Origin: Paramoeba atlantica
Lineage: Eukaryota > Protista > Discosea
DNA length: 64,000 bases
Assembly: GCA_977017575.1 (NCBI GenBank)
Contig: CDRNVI010000048.1
Coordinates: forward strand, 62,001 to 126,000
Direction of reading: 5' to 3'
Both the position numbers and the translations under genes were made by a program. A model generated the notes under the pieces. It ran no database searches. It was not told the origin of the DNA and saw only the letters and a program-made list of their open reading frames with translations. Position 1 is the first letter of the stretch, and the number at the start of each line of letters is the position of its first letter. Of this stretch, positions 31,903 through 42,303 are shown piece after piece.

Positions 31903-33600
31903 CTATGGCACAACGGTTCGATTGCGGTGATTGGACGTGATTGAAAGTCCGACGGCAGGCGATAGTTGAATTTCAAGAGAGTTCCACGAAATACTTGAAA
32001 AGGCATAAACAATTAAAAGGGGATTCTGTGTTTCGTAATGCAATTGTACAGCAGGTACTTTATCAAATGTATAATGCAGAATAAATTCTTCCCATTTAGG
32101 TTTCATCGTGCACAAGCTTGAGTTTTCTTGCTCAATGGAGAACACTTTACAAGTAACCTCGACTTTTCGACAACCTTGACCCAGTAAATCATCAAAGGAT
32201 TGCGAAAATACTTTTCGGTAACTCCACTGATTATTGTGCATTTTCAGAAATCGGGTGCAGCCAGTCATCGCAGGAAGAGTATCAATATCTACGTAGAAAG
32301 TGGAATTTCTCGATTCTTCAGCTACTCCAGAATCGAAATTAGTGTCGATACTTTGTGTTCTACTTGCCTTTTGTGTACCTGCGAAGTCATACAGTTGCGA
32401 CATGGCCACTCCTCCCGGATAATTGTATCGACTCAATATGTGTGCGCATACATTCGCACCAATGCTACCGGAGAACAAACATAGCACCAGCAAGCTTTTT
32501 GCTTGGAAAAATATTCTTCCTGAAATTTTCGAACAAAACGCCTGGCTCAAATAGATAGATAGACTACTCCATAGCATTGGCAATACAGGGAACATGAAAC
32601 GAAGCTCCTTGTGTGGGAGTAGGCTGTAGAGAAAAACGAATGCGACCGCACAGCGTATGTGGAAACGTAATGTGGGGGTTGAAAACAGACTAAAAGGAAG
32701 AAGAAGAATGGCCCCTGACATTAACCGGGGAATAACACTAGTAAAATACCAATACCATGGGGATACACCCCACAGACCCGATTGATTAGCGTAGGTGTTA
32801 AATAAGAAAACGTAGAACTCTGCCCACATAGGAAACGGAGTTTTCCACAGGTAAGTGTCGAGAGGTACACAGAGAAGTAGGCATACAGCGCATGATTTCA
32901 CAGCAGTGTTTGCTATATGAGCAATAGAAAGCGATCCCCGAGCAAAATTATAAACCGAGTAGATTACGGCAAGGATCACTACATCACAACGGAAAACACA
33001 TGCGGTGAGACCATAAATGAAGAGGCCTTTGGATATGTTCCCTCGCAACATTTCTGCATACGCCAGAGAAGAACCAGCAAGTGCGAAAGTGTTCGCCAAC
33101 AAGCGTGAAGCATAAAAGACGAAATGAAACGACGCCATTTGCAGCAGAGTAAAGCACAGGGAGGGATATGGAGCAAGTGTAGGATGAGTGTCATCCAGTG
33201 CACGGCCGACGCGAGAAGTGCAGTATACTACCAGAAGTCCTAAGGCAGCTCGCACGACGTATTGCGCATGTAGCTTCACAGGAAGCTCGAAATTGTGCGA
33301 TGATTTGATAGCTTGAGCATAGAAAGGGTACAGGAGTTCGTATAGCCGCACGCAAGGAGCAGCCATTCCAGAGATAAGGGCAGGTCCCATAAAAGATCGA
33401 GGCACTACGCCTGGGTGGCTGTGGTGATCCCAGAGAGACAGGTCCTTAACGTAGAGGAAGTCATGAGTGGCCTGCATGTAGAACGACTCTTCAACCTTAG
33501 TGTAGGGACAGTACAAAACACTCAGTAGAACGCAAAAAGATAAAGTTGGTTGCAACAAAAATATACATTTATTTCCGGAACGTTTATCACAATTCATCAT
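31903..33600 (-). CDS. ALG12: Dol-P-Man alpha-1,6-mannosyltransferase (GT22)
   Basis: CPYTKVEESFYMQATHD, WDHHSHPGVVPRSF, LPHKELRF, NYPGG. Confidence 0.9.
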   Translation of the reverse strand: MMNCDKRSGNKCIFLLQPTLSFCVLLSVLYCPYTKVEESFYMQATHDFLYVKDLSLWDHHSHPGVVPRSFMGPALISGMAAPCVRLYELLYPFYAQAIKSSHNFELPVKLHAQYVVRAALGLLVVYCTSRVGRALDDTHPTLAPYPSLCFTLLQMASFHFVFYASRLLANTFALAGSSLAYAEMLRGNISKGLFIYGLTACVFRCDVVILAVIYSVYNFARGSLSIAHIANTAVKSCAVCLLLCVPLDTYLWKTPFPMWAEFYVFLFNTYANQSGLWGVSPWYWYFTSVIPRLMSGAILLLPFSLFSTPTLRFHIRCAVAFVFLYSLLPHKELRFMFPVLPMLWSSLSIYLSQAFCSKISGRIFFQAKSLLVLCLFSGSIGANVCAHILSRYNYPGGVAMSQLYDFAGTQKASRTQSIDTNFDSGVAEESRNSTFYVDIDTLPAMTGCTRFLKMHNNQWSYRKVFSQSFDDLLGQGCRKVEVTCKVFSIEQENSSLCTMKPKWEEFILHYTFDKVPAVQLHYETQNPLLIVYAFSSISWNSLEIQLSPAVGLSITSNHRNRTVVP

Positions 33601-33949
33601 TACAGCTGTGCGAATCAGTAAAAGTCAAGGAACAGCGCGACGTTGAAGGCATAGTGGGAACTTATCATTCCAAATCGGTAGAATATTTCTAAAAATCTAA
33701 AATGTTCTATCAATAAAATAGAAGTGGACATTCATGCCACTTCGGAGTACGTTGAATTTAGTTTTCAAAACGGTTTGAGTGCTCGTAAAAAACATGCTAT
33801 GCTGTCAGTGCTCCATAAAATTTTTATTGATGTAATAGTGGTAATATTACCAGTTAATTATTGCTAATAAAACAAGAGTGAGCCAAAGCTCTTGGATTAG
33901 CACAAATATCAAATTATGTGTTTTAACCCAAAATTGTCTAACCTTGATA

Positions 33950-35896
33950 TCACCCTCCTTTAACTCCCTTCTTACCATTTTTCTCCCGTTTCCTTTTATT
34001 ATTCGCATTAGAAGCTTGTTTCACATGTGAATAGTTTGCAATTGTGTCGCCATTATTTTGTACTCGGTCTGTACTCATAGAGCTAGCGTATTGCATCAGG
34101 GGTAGATCGACACATTCTTCCTTGAATTTGGCTTCCCAAAGAGCAACTGCCTCTTCGTCACATGGGCCGAAGGAAGCACGCTCACGCCTCTGAATCAAGA
34201 GATCTTCCGTCGTTTGTACCTTTTTTAAGTAGTTTGAAAACATTTGAGATAATATTGGATTGCTTGTCTTCTTACAAATACGTTTCAGAGAAACGTGAAG
34301 TACAGCAAATGATTCAGGAAAACCAATGGAGAACGCATGCAGAGCGGTATGTTGAGTAATGCAATATAAGAGTTCATGTAACAAAGCCTGTTGTATAGAG
34401 CGTGACTTCAACTCCTGTTTGTTTAGCCGGATGGTATACTTGAGCCGCTTCGCACACACCTCATCCGTAGCCACCGCCTCAGAATTTTTAGATGAGCGCG
34501 AGAGTTGTGTATTCAATGCGGCCGATTGGAGCATGCGCAAAAAGTATGGCGCTAGAGGTACGTGAACGTTACATCTCGAAGACAAGCTTTGAAGAAGTTC
34601 AAACAGATGAAAATGTATCGGGAAAGTGCGCGAAGAAGTAAACACATCAAGTGTGCCAAGACAAATTTGTACGAGGGGGTATGCAAGCGGCCACAACTCC
34701 TTTTCCCCCGGATAATCGCTTACGGCGGTACCTATAGTGCGCGTCGATATCACCAACTGCCAGCTGTGCAGTCGGTGCAGAGGTGCCGTATCCCCTGCGT
34801 GAAGCAACGCGGCACGGAGATATAAAGCAAGCTGACGGACGTACACAAAAAGCGTCGCATACGCCATGCCTAGATCGATTCCATACGCAACCGAGAGGCC
34901 TTCAATCATGTCCGCAATGGCAGGAGCCGTGTCCTCGGCATACGAAGGTGCCACCGCCACGACAGCCAAAAACATGCCTTTAAATATACTCTCGCGCAGA
35001 GAAGCTCCAAGCCGACGCGCGCACGAATGTAGAAACAATCGAGCTGATTCCCGTGTAAAGCTGCTGGTCAGGTGGGTTGATAGTTTCAATGCCGCTCTTA
35101 GAAGCTTTTTCATTGGCTTCGGAAAAATGCCCACGTACTCCACACCGGTGTCGCCCAGGCAGTGAACCACTGTCGAGGCAATGTCCGTGTCAAACGCATC
35201 GGAGGAAACGATTGCTGCACAATTCGTTATAAAGGAGCGAATGGCAGGGGCAAGAGATGGGTAGTTGGAGTACGATTTAGGAAGCCCACCTGAGTTCGTT
35301 CTCCCTAAAACTTGATTACATGCTTGACAGAAATTCTCGGCAGTAAATTTGAGTGCCTTCACGAGAGAAACAACATCGGCGGCGTCCGTCACGGATTCAG
35401 AGCTGAGCAAAAGTACAATTTGATGAAACGCTTGCGAGGCCCTTCGGAGTGATGTCTGAGTGGGGGTCTTCACCGTGCCGGTGGGGGTTTCGTCAAGGGA
35501 TACGCCCAAGGAGTTGGATATTATCTCCGCAATACGTGCAGGGCTCCACTTTGTGGTCAGTTCGTCGATATGCTCCTCGTCCTTGTGTAACTCGTTCAGA
35601 TCATCATCTGAGAAAGTCTCTTCTGCACCCAATCCATCATCCCCAAACTCGAGAAGTCCCGGATCTTCCATTTTAAGGAAATCGGCGAACTCTTGATCCT
35701 CCTCCTTCAACTCATCAAGCTGCTGCATGTGTTTCTTTTCTTCGTCTTCCTGCTTAGCTTTGGCGCGCTCGACTTTCTTATCTTGTTTCGTTCGCATTTC
35801 CTTGACAACCGGTCGTATGCGACGTCGTTTGGAAATAACATCAGTCAGCTTCCGCTTAGCAAATTTCTTGAGAGATTTACTTTGCTTGCCAGCCAT
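33950..35896 (-). CDS. NOC2: Nucleolar complex protein 2
   Basis: KKFAKRKL..EEKKHMQQLDELKEEDQEFADFL; YATLFVYVRQLALYLR; LAYPLVQI; probable start MAGKQ at 35896. Confidence 0.9.
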   Translation of the reverse strand: MAGKQSKSLKKFAKRKLTDVISKRRRIRPVVKEMRTKQDKKVERAKAKQEDEEKKHMQQLDELKEEDQEFADFLKMEDPGLLEFGDDGLGAEETFSDDDLNELHKDEEHIDELTTKWSPARIAEIISNSLGVSLDETPTGTVKTPTQTSLRRASQAFHQIVLLLSSESVTDAADVVSLVKALKFTAENFCQACNQVLGRTNSGGLPKSYSNYPSLAPAIRSFITNCAAIVSSDAFDTDIASTVVHCLGDTGVEYVGIFPKPMKKLLRAALKLSTHLTSSFTRESARLFLHSCARRLGASLRESIFKGMFLAVVAVAPSYAEDTAPAIADMIEGLSVAYGIDLGMAYATLFVYVRQLALYLRAALLHAGDTAPLHRLHSWQLVISTRTIGTAVSDYPGEKELWPLAYPLVQICLGTLDVFTSSRTFPIHFHLFELLQSLSSRCNVHVPLAPYFLRMLQSAALNTQLSRSSKNSEAVATDEVCAKRLKYTIRLNKQELKSRSIQQALLHELLYCITQHTALHAFSIGFPESFAVLHVSLKRICKKTSNPILSQMFSNYLKKVQTTEDLLIQRRERASFGPCDEEAVALWEAKFKEECVDLPLMQYASSMSTDRVQNNGDTIANYSHVKQASNANNKRKREKNGKKGVKGG

Positions 35897-36299
35897 GTTT
35901 AGCAAGAGTAGTATACTAGTGTGGATAGAAGCAAAATTTACGTACACGATAAAAAGCTCTACACGGTTGTTTTTCCATAATTTTCAAGCATTGTATCCTT
36001 CCCTAAAATCGCAAATGAACGAGGAACAAAATTTTACATACAGTCGTAGCAAGTTGATGTAAATCTTACCTTTCAAACGCATGCTATCAAGTTCAAAGTT
36101 TCTAGTTTACTTAATTATCGTTACACAAATAGCGTATTTTTCTTGTGTGACTTTTCTTTTAGGGGTACAAGTTTTAATTTCACCTGTAAATAAAAAACGC
36201 AACTACGAGGCCCAGAAACCGATTTCAGAAATAATATAACATTTCGTTCATCAGAAACCTTTGTTAACAGATTTTGCACTGGTAAAAGAACTGCGCGTT

Positions 36300-37517
36300 C
36301 TACGCCAAGTCCAATATCAGGCGATGGGGGTCTTCAATCAGGTTCTTGATCTTTACAAGAAACACGACTGCATCGCGCCCGTCTATTATGCGATGGTCAT
36401 AGGTCAGTGCGATAATCATAATAGGGCGCACCACAAGATTGCCTGTGGAATCGACCCACGGCTTTTTTTTCGTCGCATGCATCCCTAAAATTGCACTCTG
36501 CGGGGGATTAATGATGGGAGTTCCCATCCAACTTCCAAACACCCCTCCATTGGAGATGGTGAACGTCCCACCGGACATCTCCGCCATCGTGAGCTGTTTG
36601 TTCTTCGCCTTCTCCCCGTACTCCACAATTTTTTTCTCAATATCCGCAAAAGACATGTCCTGCACGTCACGCAGCACGGGAACCACTAAACCCGTCGGAG
36701 TAGCTACCGCGACGCTGATATCCACATAGTCATGATACGCAATATGCTGATCCTCCCATGCAGCGTTAATGATCGGCACCTCCTGCAGCGCGTGGGCCGA
36801 GGCCTTAGCGAACGCGGACATAAACCCGAGCTTCACCCCGTGCTTCTTTTGGAACGCCTCCTTGTAGGTCTCCCTCATTTGTATAAGCGCACTCATGTCG
36901 ATTTCATTAAATGTGGTGAGCATCGCGGCAGTATTCTGGCTCGCCTTCAGGCGGTCCGCAATACGCTGGCGCATCGGGGAGGTACGCACCCGACGTACTC
37001 GAGTATCCGTGCTCGAACACACTACTTCTGGGGCTCGAGACTTTGTGTCAGCAGCTTTAGGTGCTGGCTCTTTTTCTTTCGCTGTTGCAGGGGTTGTTGG
37101 GGTACTCTTCGTTGCGGGTTCCGAGGGTTTCGACTTCTCTGTTTGAGATAGAGCACCCGGTGAGGATGGTTTTTTGGAATCATTCGCTATTTCCCCTTTC
37201 TTCATGGTGGCTATCACATCCCCGACTTGAACGGTGACGCCTTCCTTGGCTTTCAGAGCGGTTAGCACACCTGTGGTGGGCGCTTTCACGGAGACTGCGA
37301 GCTTGTCAGATTCAATTTCACACACCTCATTGTCCTCGCGTAAGCTGTCCCCGACGCCCCGATTCCATCCCTTGATGATCCCCTCCGTAATGGACTCCGC
37401 AATGAAAGGGACTTTAATGTCTATGCAGTAAGATCGGCGTGGGCCATGCGAGTAAAGTCCTTTAATAGTCCACTGCGTCAGCGAACGACCAAACGGCAAG
37501 GTAAGACAACACTTCAT
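36300..37517 (-). CDS. DLST: 2-oxoglutarate dehydrogenase E2 (dihydrolipoamide succinyltransferase)
   Basis: Lipoyl motif EIESDKLAV; RQRIADRLKASQNTAAMLTTFNEIDMS; LTYDHRIIDG. Confidence 0.95.
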   Translation of the reverse strand: MKCCLTLPFGRSLTQWTIKGLYSHGPRRSYCIDIKVPFIAESITEGIIKGWNRGVGDSLREDNEVCEIESDKLAVSVKAPTTGVLTALKAKEGVTVQVGDVIATMKKGEIANDSKKPSSPGALSQTEKSKPSEPATKSTPTTPATAKEKEPAPKAADTKSRAPEVVCSSTDTRVRRVRTSPMRQRIADRLKASQNTAAMLTTFNEIDMSALIQMRETYKEAFQKKHGVKLGFMSAFAKASAHALQEVPIINAAWEDQHIAYHDYVDISVAVATPTGLVVPVLRDVQDMSFADIEKKIVEYGEKAKNKQLTMAEMSGGTFTISNGGVFGSWMGTPIINPPQSAILGMHATKKKPWVDSTGNLVVRPIMIIALTYDHRIIDGRDAVVFLVKIKNLIEDPHRLILDLA

Positions 37518-37936
37518 TATTAATCTTTAAATGTAGAAATACACTAAGCTAGGCGCAAGTTTTGAAAAACAGGTTTTACCGTATTTGACCTACCGTCACC
37601 TCCCTGACTTATCTTGCTAGGTGACTTATCCTGTTTATCAAAAAGTAGGGAAGTGAATAGTGTTTAGTTTTTGATTTCAACCAATTTTTCGTCACTGGAT
37701 ACATCACGGTAATTCTAATAATGACTCCAAACCGGCTGCTTTAACCTTCCATTTTTTTTGCTGTTGGTCTTGAGCAAATATTAATCACTGTTGAATAAGA
37801 GTTTCCAAAACTGGACATGCCTCACAAATTTTTGTGCACCCCCCAATAATTTCGTGTACCCCCCTGTATGTACAATATTTAATATTTGTTTTTTATATAA
37901 ACACCTGATATTCAAACACGCAAACCTACATTCACA

Positions 37937-38230
37937 TTACGCCACCGGAATACTATCGCATTGGTCCACTGTATCAATAAGTGTATTGGTGAAATCGTAG
38001 AGTCTTGAACTGTTCAACGGATTACTCGCCATAACGTATGAACCTCTGAGCCTCAAATTTTCTGCAAGGTTAAATACCAGTAATGAATCTGGCAGCGAAT
38101 AAAAAGAAACCGTCCGGAAAATTCATTGTTCTTCAAAGAAATGGATCTTGGCAACGGTAAACTCTTAAAGCACGGAATCCCACTAAATTTGTTGTGCTAC
38201 AAGGAATTAGTGTTGGTGTCACTCATGCTG
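37937..38230 (-). pseudogene. Frameshifted LRR gene fragment, same family as 56058
   Basis: Hand translation HNKFSGIPCFKSLPLPRSISLKNNEFSG, then shifted LPDSLLVFNLAENLRLRGS..*. Confidence 0.65.
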
Positions 38231-38241
38231 TGCACTTCGCG

Positions 38242-38280
38242 TTGAAAACTACCACCGCGTTTAACGAAGAGCCTAAAAAA
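38242..38280 (+). repeat. Solo arm of the 6957 foldback
   Basis: TTGAAAACTACCACCGCGTTTAACGAAGAGCCTAAAAAA. Confidence 0.8.
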
Positions 38281-38382
38281 GAAAAATCTCCAATACATCA
38301 TGAATAATCTACTTTTTTGGGGGAAGAAGCTCGATTTTTCTGCAAAAATTGCGAAATTTCACACCGAATTTGTGCCGTTTTA

Positions 38383-38726
38383 GATGCCTTACCAATAGGG
38401 GCAGGAGTCGAATCTGTCGAAAAAAACGTCGTAGAATGGTAGCTGAGGTGCAAAACTCTTAAAACACGTTTTAGGACACGATTTTGGAAAAATAATATTT
38501 TTACTTTTTTTTGGGTCAAAATTTATTTTTTTTTGGTCGCCCCAAAATTTTCGGAAATTTTGTCGGACCCCTCCTGCGCGTACCAGGGGGGGTACCCACA
38601 GTGGGGGGTGGAAAATATCGCCGCGGCCTACTCTACCACTTCCCTGCGCTCGATTTTGAAAAGCAAAAAATTCGAAAAAACATTCTTGACGTATGCCCCC
38701 CCCATGGACCCCCCCACTAGACCCCC
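38383..38726. repeat. Repeat family A, copy 2 (inverted relative to 5140)
   Basis: Reverse-complement match to 5140-5600. Confidence 0.85.
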
Positions 38727-39307
38727 CTTTTTTTTCAATTTTTCATTTTTGGACCACCGGAGCCCCCTTTTATATTTTTTTCTTCTATTATATTGCTGTG
38801 TTTCTCTTTATATTTTCACTGTTTTTGTTCACTTTTTTTGCAATAATCGAGGGTAGAGCGGTAGTTATACAACCACCGCAATATTGTATGCAGTATGCAT
38901 ATTGTATACATATTGTATACAGGGGTACTTGTTGATGCGATAAATATTGCAAGGTGCTTAAAACGTACAGAAATTTATTTTTCCAGCATAAAACATAAAT
39001 ACGGTCCTCCACCTTACGGAGTCTTAACTAATATGGCGAACCGCTTCGCTTCTTCAATATACTGGATTACCATGTACGAAACGTTTTGTTTTCAAAGAAG
39101 AAACTATCTCGTGATAATGGGCAAATATTTTTAGGAACTCGAACTAGTATTTGAGGCTGATGTCCAAGCATCAGAACAACGAATTATTTACTGAGCTCAA
39201 AATTCGTGATGCATTAAGTGCAATGAATGTGATGTGAAGTTGGCATCACAATAGCACTGCGATGCGTTCAGGTGCATAGTCGCATCAAAAATGGAGATTT
39301 GCTATAC

Positions 39308-40480
39308 TCAAGAGCGCAAGAGCAATTTGTTACATGCTTTAACGCTAAAGTCGTACAACCGGGAAAAAACGCCTAACAAAGGAATGAAAATTTTCCACTT
39401 CAAACTAAAGTAGTTCGGGCAACACCTCCGGATGCTTTCTTCAAATAAAGAGAACTGAGAACTTCCGGGATGATATTCATCAAAACCTAGCACCGTGGCG
39501 CTTAAAATACTTAGAATTTCGCTAGTATTTGCCTCGAACTGGGCAAACTGGGTGTCGGATTGTCCGTTAACAGTCACGCTTGGTGCAACGGGGTCACACG
39601 CTGCAATGTTTTTGGGTTCTACTTTTGAGTCTACTTTTTCCTGTTCTGTTTCGGGCGCAGAGATGGTTCCGTCTTTCGTAGAATCCGCCTCTTCACTTCG
39701 TTTTCCTGGATGCAATGCGCTTTCCACACATTCGTACGATGGAACGACTACTCGTACGATGTCACATTCGTTTTTAGCATTCGATGCATTTTCGTTGTTA
39801 GCATTCCAATGATCGCGAAATGAGCGAAATCGGTCGAAATTGCATTGTTGATAAACTTGAATCAAACGGTGTGAATGCGTGTCGGAGAAATCAGCTTTGG
39901 AAAATTCATTTTCCAAAATCATTAACCGTCCTGGCGTAAGGGATCTCGATTCGCAAATGTTCCATATTCTGCCTAGTTGATCAGTAAACGATTGAAAAGT
40001 GTTGGCAAAATCTTTGTCCATAAAACGTGTCTCTCCTTCCCTAAAAGGAACGACGTAAACAAGAGATAATTCTTTGACTTTCAGATGAGAGAGAATATCC
40101 TGCAATCGTGTGTGAAAGCTTTCCTCACTTCCGGATGTGTTGACGCCATGAAGTATACCTGCCGAAGGTTTTTGGTCGACAAGATCTAGTGAATTCCTGC
40201 GAAGATTACGTAACAGCTCCTCGTCATGATGAATGAGAAGTGTATTATGTCCCGCATTCAATAATTCGTGAATGACATGTTCAGAAAAATACGTGGACGC
40301 GCCGAAAAAGCAGATCACGTGTTTTTTCGAATCCTTTTGGTAACCGAACTGCAGAAGAAGTCTAGATACCCAACGTAGAAAAACAGTTGCAGGAATTAAT
40401 ATACTGCACGTTACAGTGCAAAGCCAAAAGAAACCGACGTGGAGAACACACTCGTAAATCAATAGAAATGCTGCGTTCAT
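39308..40480 (-). CDS. Membrane-anchored degenerate SDR/Rossmann-like protein
   Basis: N-terminal TM, then HVICFFGASTYFSEHVIHELLNAGHNTLLI. Confidence 0.55.
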   Translation of the reverse strand: MNAAFLLIYECVLHVGFFWLCTVTCSILIPATVFLRWVSRLLLQFGYQKDSKKHVICFFGASTYFSEHVIHELLNAGHNTLLIHHDEELLRNLRRNSLDLVDQKPSAGILHGVNTSGSEESFHTRLQDILSHLKVKELSLVYVVPFREGETRFMDKDFANTFQSFTDQLGRIWNICESRSLTPGRLMILENEFSKADFSDTHSHRLIQVYQQCNFDRFRSFRDHWNANNENASNAKNECDIVRVVVPSYECVESALHPGKRSEEADSTKDGTISAPETEQEKVDSKVEPKNIAACDPVAPSVTVNGQSDTQFAQFEANTSEILSILSATVLGFDEYHPGSSQFSLFEESIRRCCPNYFSLKWKIFIPLLGVFSRLYDFSVKACNKLLLRS

Positions 40481-40780
40481 ACTAACTAGTAAGCAAAGAA
40501 AATGTAAGATTGATTCGTATGTTATTCAAATACGAAAACACATGCTTCTCGTCAAACATGCCACATGTTTCTCGACAAATAACAATATACGTATTATCAA
40601 AAATTGAATAACGTATATGGATGTCCAATGCCGGACAATGAAATACATCGATAAGGCAATACGTATCAAGTGCTTTACACTTGAGTGCTCTCAGCAATCG
40701 CCACACCGGAGCGATCTGGGCTATCAAAATATGTGTATAGAGAATGCATATTGAGTCCTTTGCTCTGCTCGGTGAATAGG

Positions 40781-41287
40781 CTACTGCTTCTTTCGCTTCG
40801 TAGGGGATGCATCTCTCTTGACAACTGTTCTAGCTCTCCCTTTTTGCTGCGAATTTTTCTTCGACGGAAGACCAGCCTTATTTACAGTCCCTTTCGTACC
40901 AAACTTAGATGGTTGTTTCACTTCGCGTACGGTGTCGGCACATACGGCTTCGTATTCTTTTTCGAGATGTTGTGTATGTGTTCCATGGGCCACGACGATG
41001 TAGCGGATCTCAGAGCCAGATATCCACACCCCCTCCTTCGGTAACGGGGATATGTCACGTCCTCTGATGCGTTGAGTGGTTACTTCGCGTAGCGTAACGT
41101 CCATAGTGGAGGTGTTTATGAACACAACGTTCCCCGTGTGCCGTATTCCTTTGGTAGTTTCCACATGTAATAACACAGACTCTCCAGAATGTCGTTTTAC
41201 ATAGGAATTCAAAACGTACAAAGGGACCGATAAGGCGGAGGGACGGCGCGAGACATGGTTCGTATCAATCTGTGAACGTCCTTTCAT
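40781..41287 (-). CDS. Sm-fold protein, SmD3-like variant
   Basis: LHVETTKGIRHTGNVVFINTSTMDVTL; VWISGSEIRYIVV; basic C-terminal tail. Confidence 0.7.
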   Translation of the reverse strand: MKGRSQIDTNHVSRRPSALSVPLYVLNSYVKRHSGESVLLHVETTKGIRHTGNVVFINTSTMDVTLREVTTQRIRGRDISPLPKEGVWISGSEIRYIVVAHGTHTQHLEKEYEAVCADTVREVKQPSKFGTKGTVNKAGLPSKKNSQQKGRARTVVKRDASPTKRKKQ

Positions 41288-41379
41288 GTCATTCTTCCGG
41301 AAATCTATAAAGTTAGAGTCTATAAGTTAGAATATGCAACATTACAAGGAAATAATAATAAAATTATGTATACATAATA

Positions 41380-42132
41380 CAGTAGTATTCAGCCTCTTTT
41401 ACCCCCCCCCCCCTACAGGTCTTGCATTTTGTTCGATTTTGGAAATATTTTGTATGGGACTTTTTTCGACCCAATCGTTCCGAATCCGAGGTCCTTTTCA
41501 CTCGTGGGCACCTGTATCATACCTAAACCGGGAAAAAAACCGCAAAAAAGTCGATTTTTTTTTTCACAGAGTACATTTTTTTAAAAATTGGTACATTTGT
41601 TGGTGATTCATGAAGAAGAAGCACCGCCCCCTGTGCTTACCTTCCTGCCTCTTGTGCCCCGAGAAGCGCACGGCACTCGCGATCGATTGAGAGCGACTTG
41701 TCCTATAAGACACTCGAAAAATTTCATAAACTTAGCCCCGGGTCCATCATTGAAACTTTTCGCTTTTTTTCTGAAGATTAACCGGAAACGTTTAAGAATG
41801 CCTTCCGGGACTATAGTAAACGTTTTCTTTTGGTCAAGGAGGCTAAAGTGCATATGACTAAATACTAAAGATTACTTTGCACTCCTTTTACACGTCTTCT
41901 GACCTACTTTACTACTGTTCCTCATCCGAAGCATTCAAAAAAATGAGCCCAAAAAAGTTGTAATTAGCTTTTTTGACCCCTACCTGGCTAGGGGGGTAGG
42001 GGGTCGCTCGAGTGAAAAGGGCCTCGGATGCGGAACGATTGGGTCGAAAAACGGTGGTTTGTACCAAATATTTCCAAAATCGGACAAAATACAAGACCTG
42101 TAGGGGGGGGTAAAAGACGCTGAACACCACTG
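41380..42132. mobile_element. 753-bp Tc1-type non-autonomous element with ~130-bp TIRs, TA TSD
   Basis: TA|CAGTAGTATTCAGCCTCTTTTACCCC...; right end reverse complement CAGTGGTGTTCAGCGTCTTTTACCCC...|TA; arms align ~130 bp. Confidence 0.9.
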
Positions 42133-42303
42133 TATGTAGCTGTCTTTTTTATAGGCTATTAGCGATTAAAAGTTCTTTTAGGATAACTGTCAAAAGTGTT
42201 TGCGAGTACAGTACTGTACCCCACCGCATACAGTATAGTGTCAGGGGTTGTATGTTTCTTGCCAAGAAGCAGCAGTGGCAAACTCCTGCCACCTCCCCAC
42301 CTC

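Noticed and set aside
37820-38930. TACAGGGG mariner-type termini at ~37866 and ~38920 as one element
   Set aside because: They face away from each other and no partners were found
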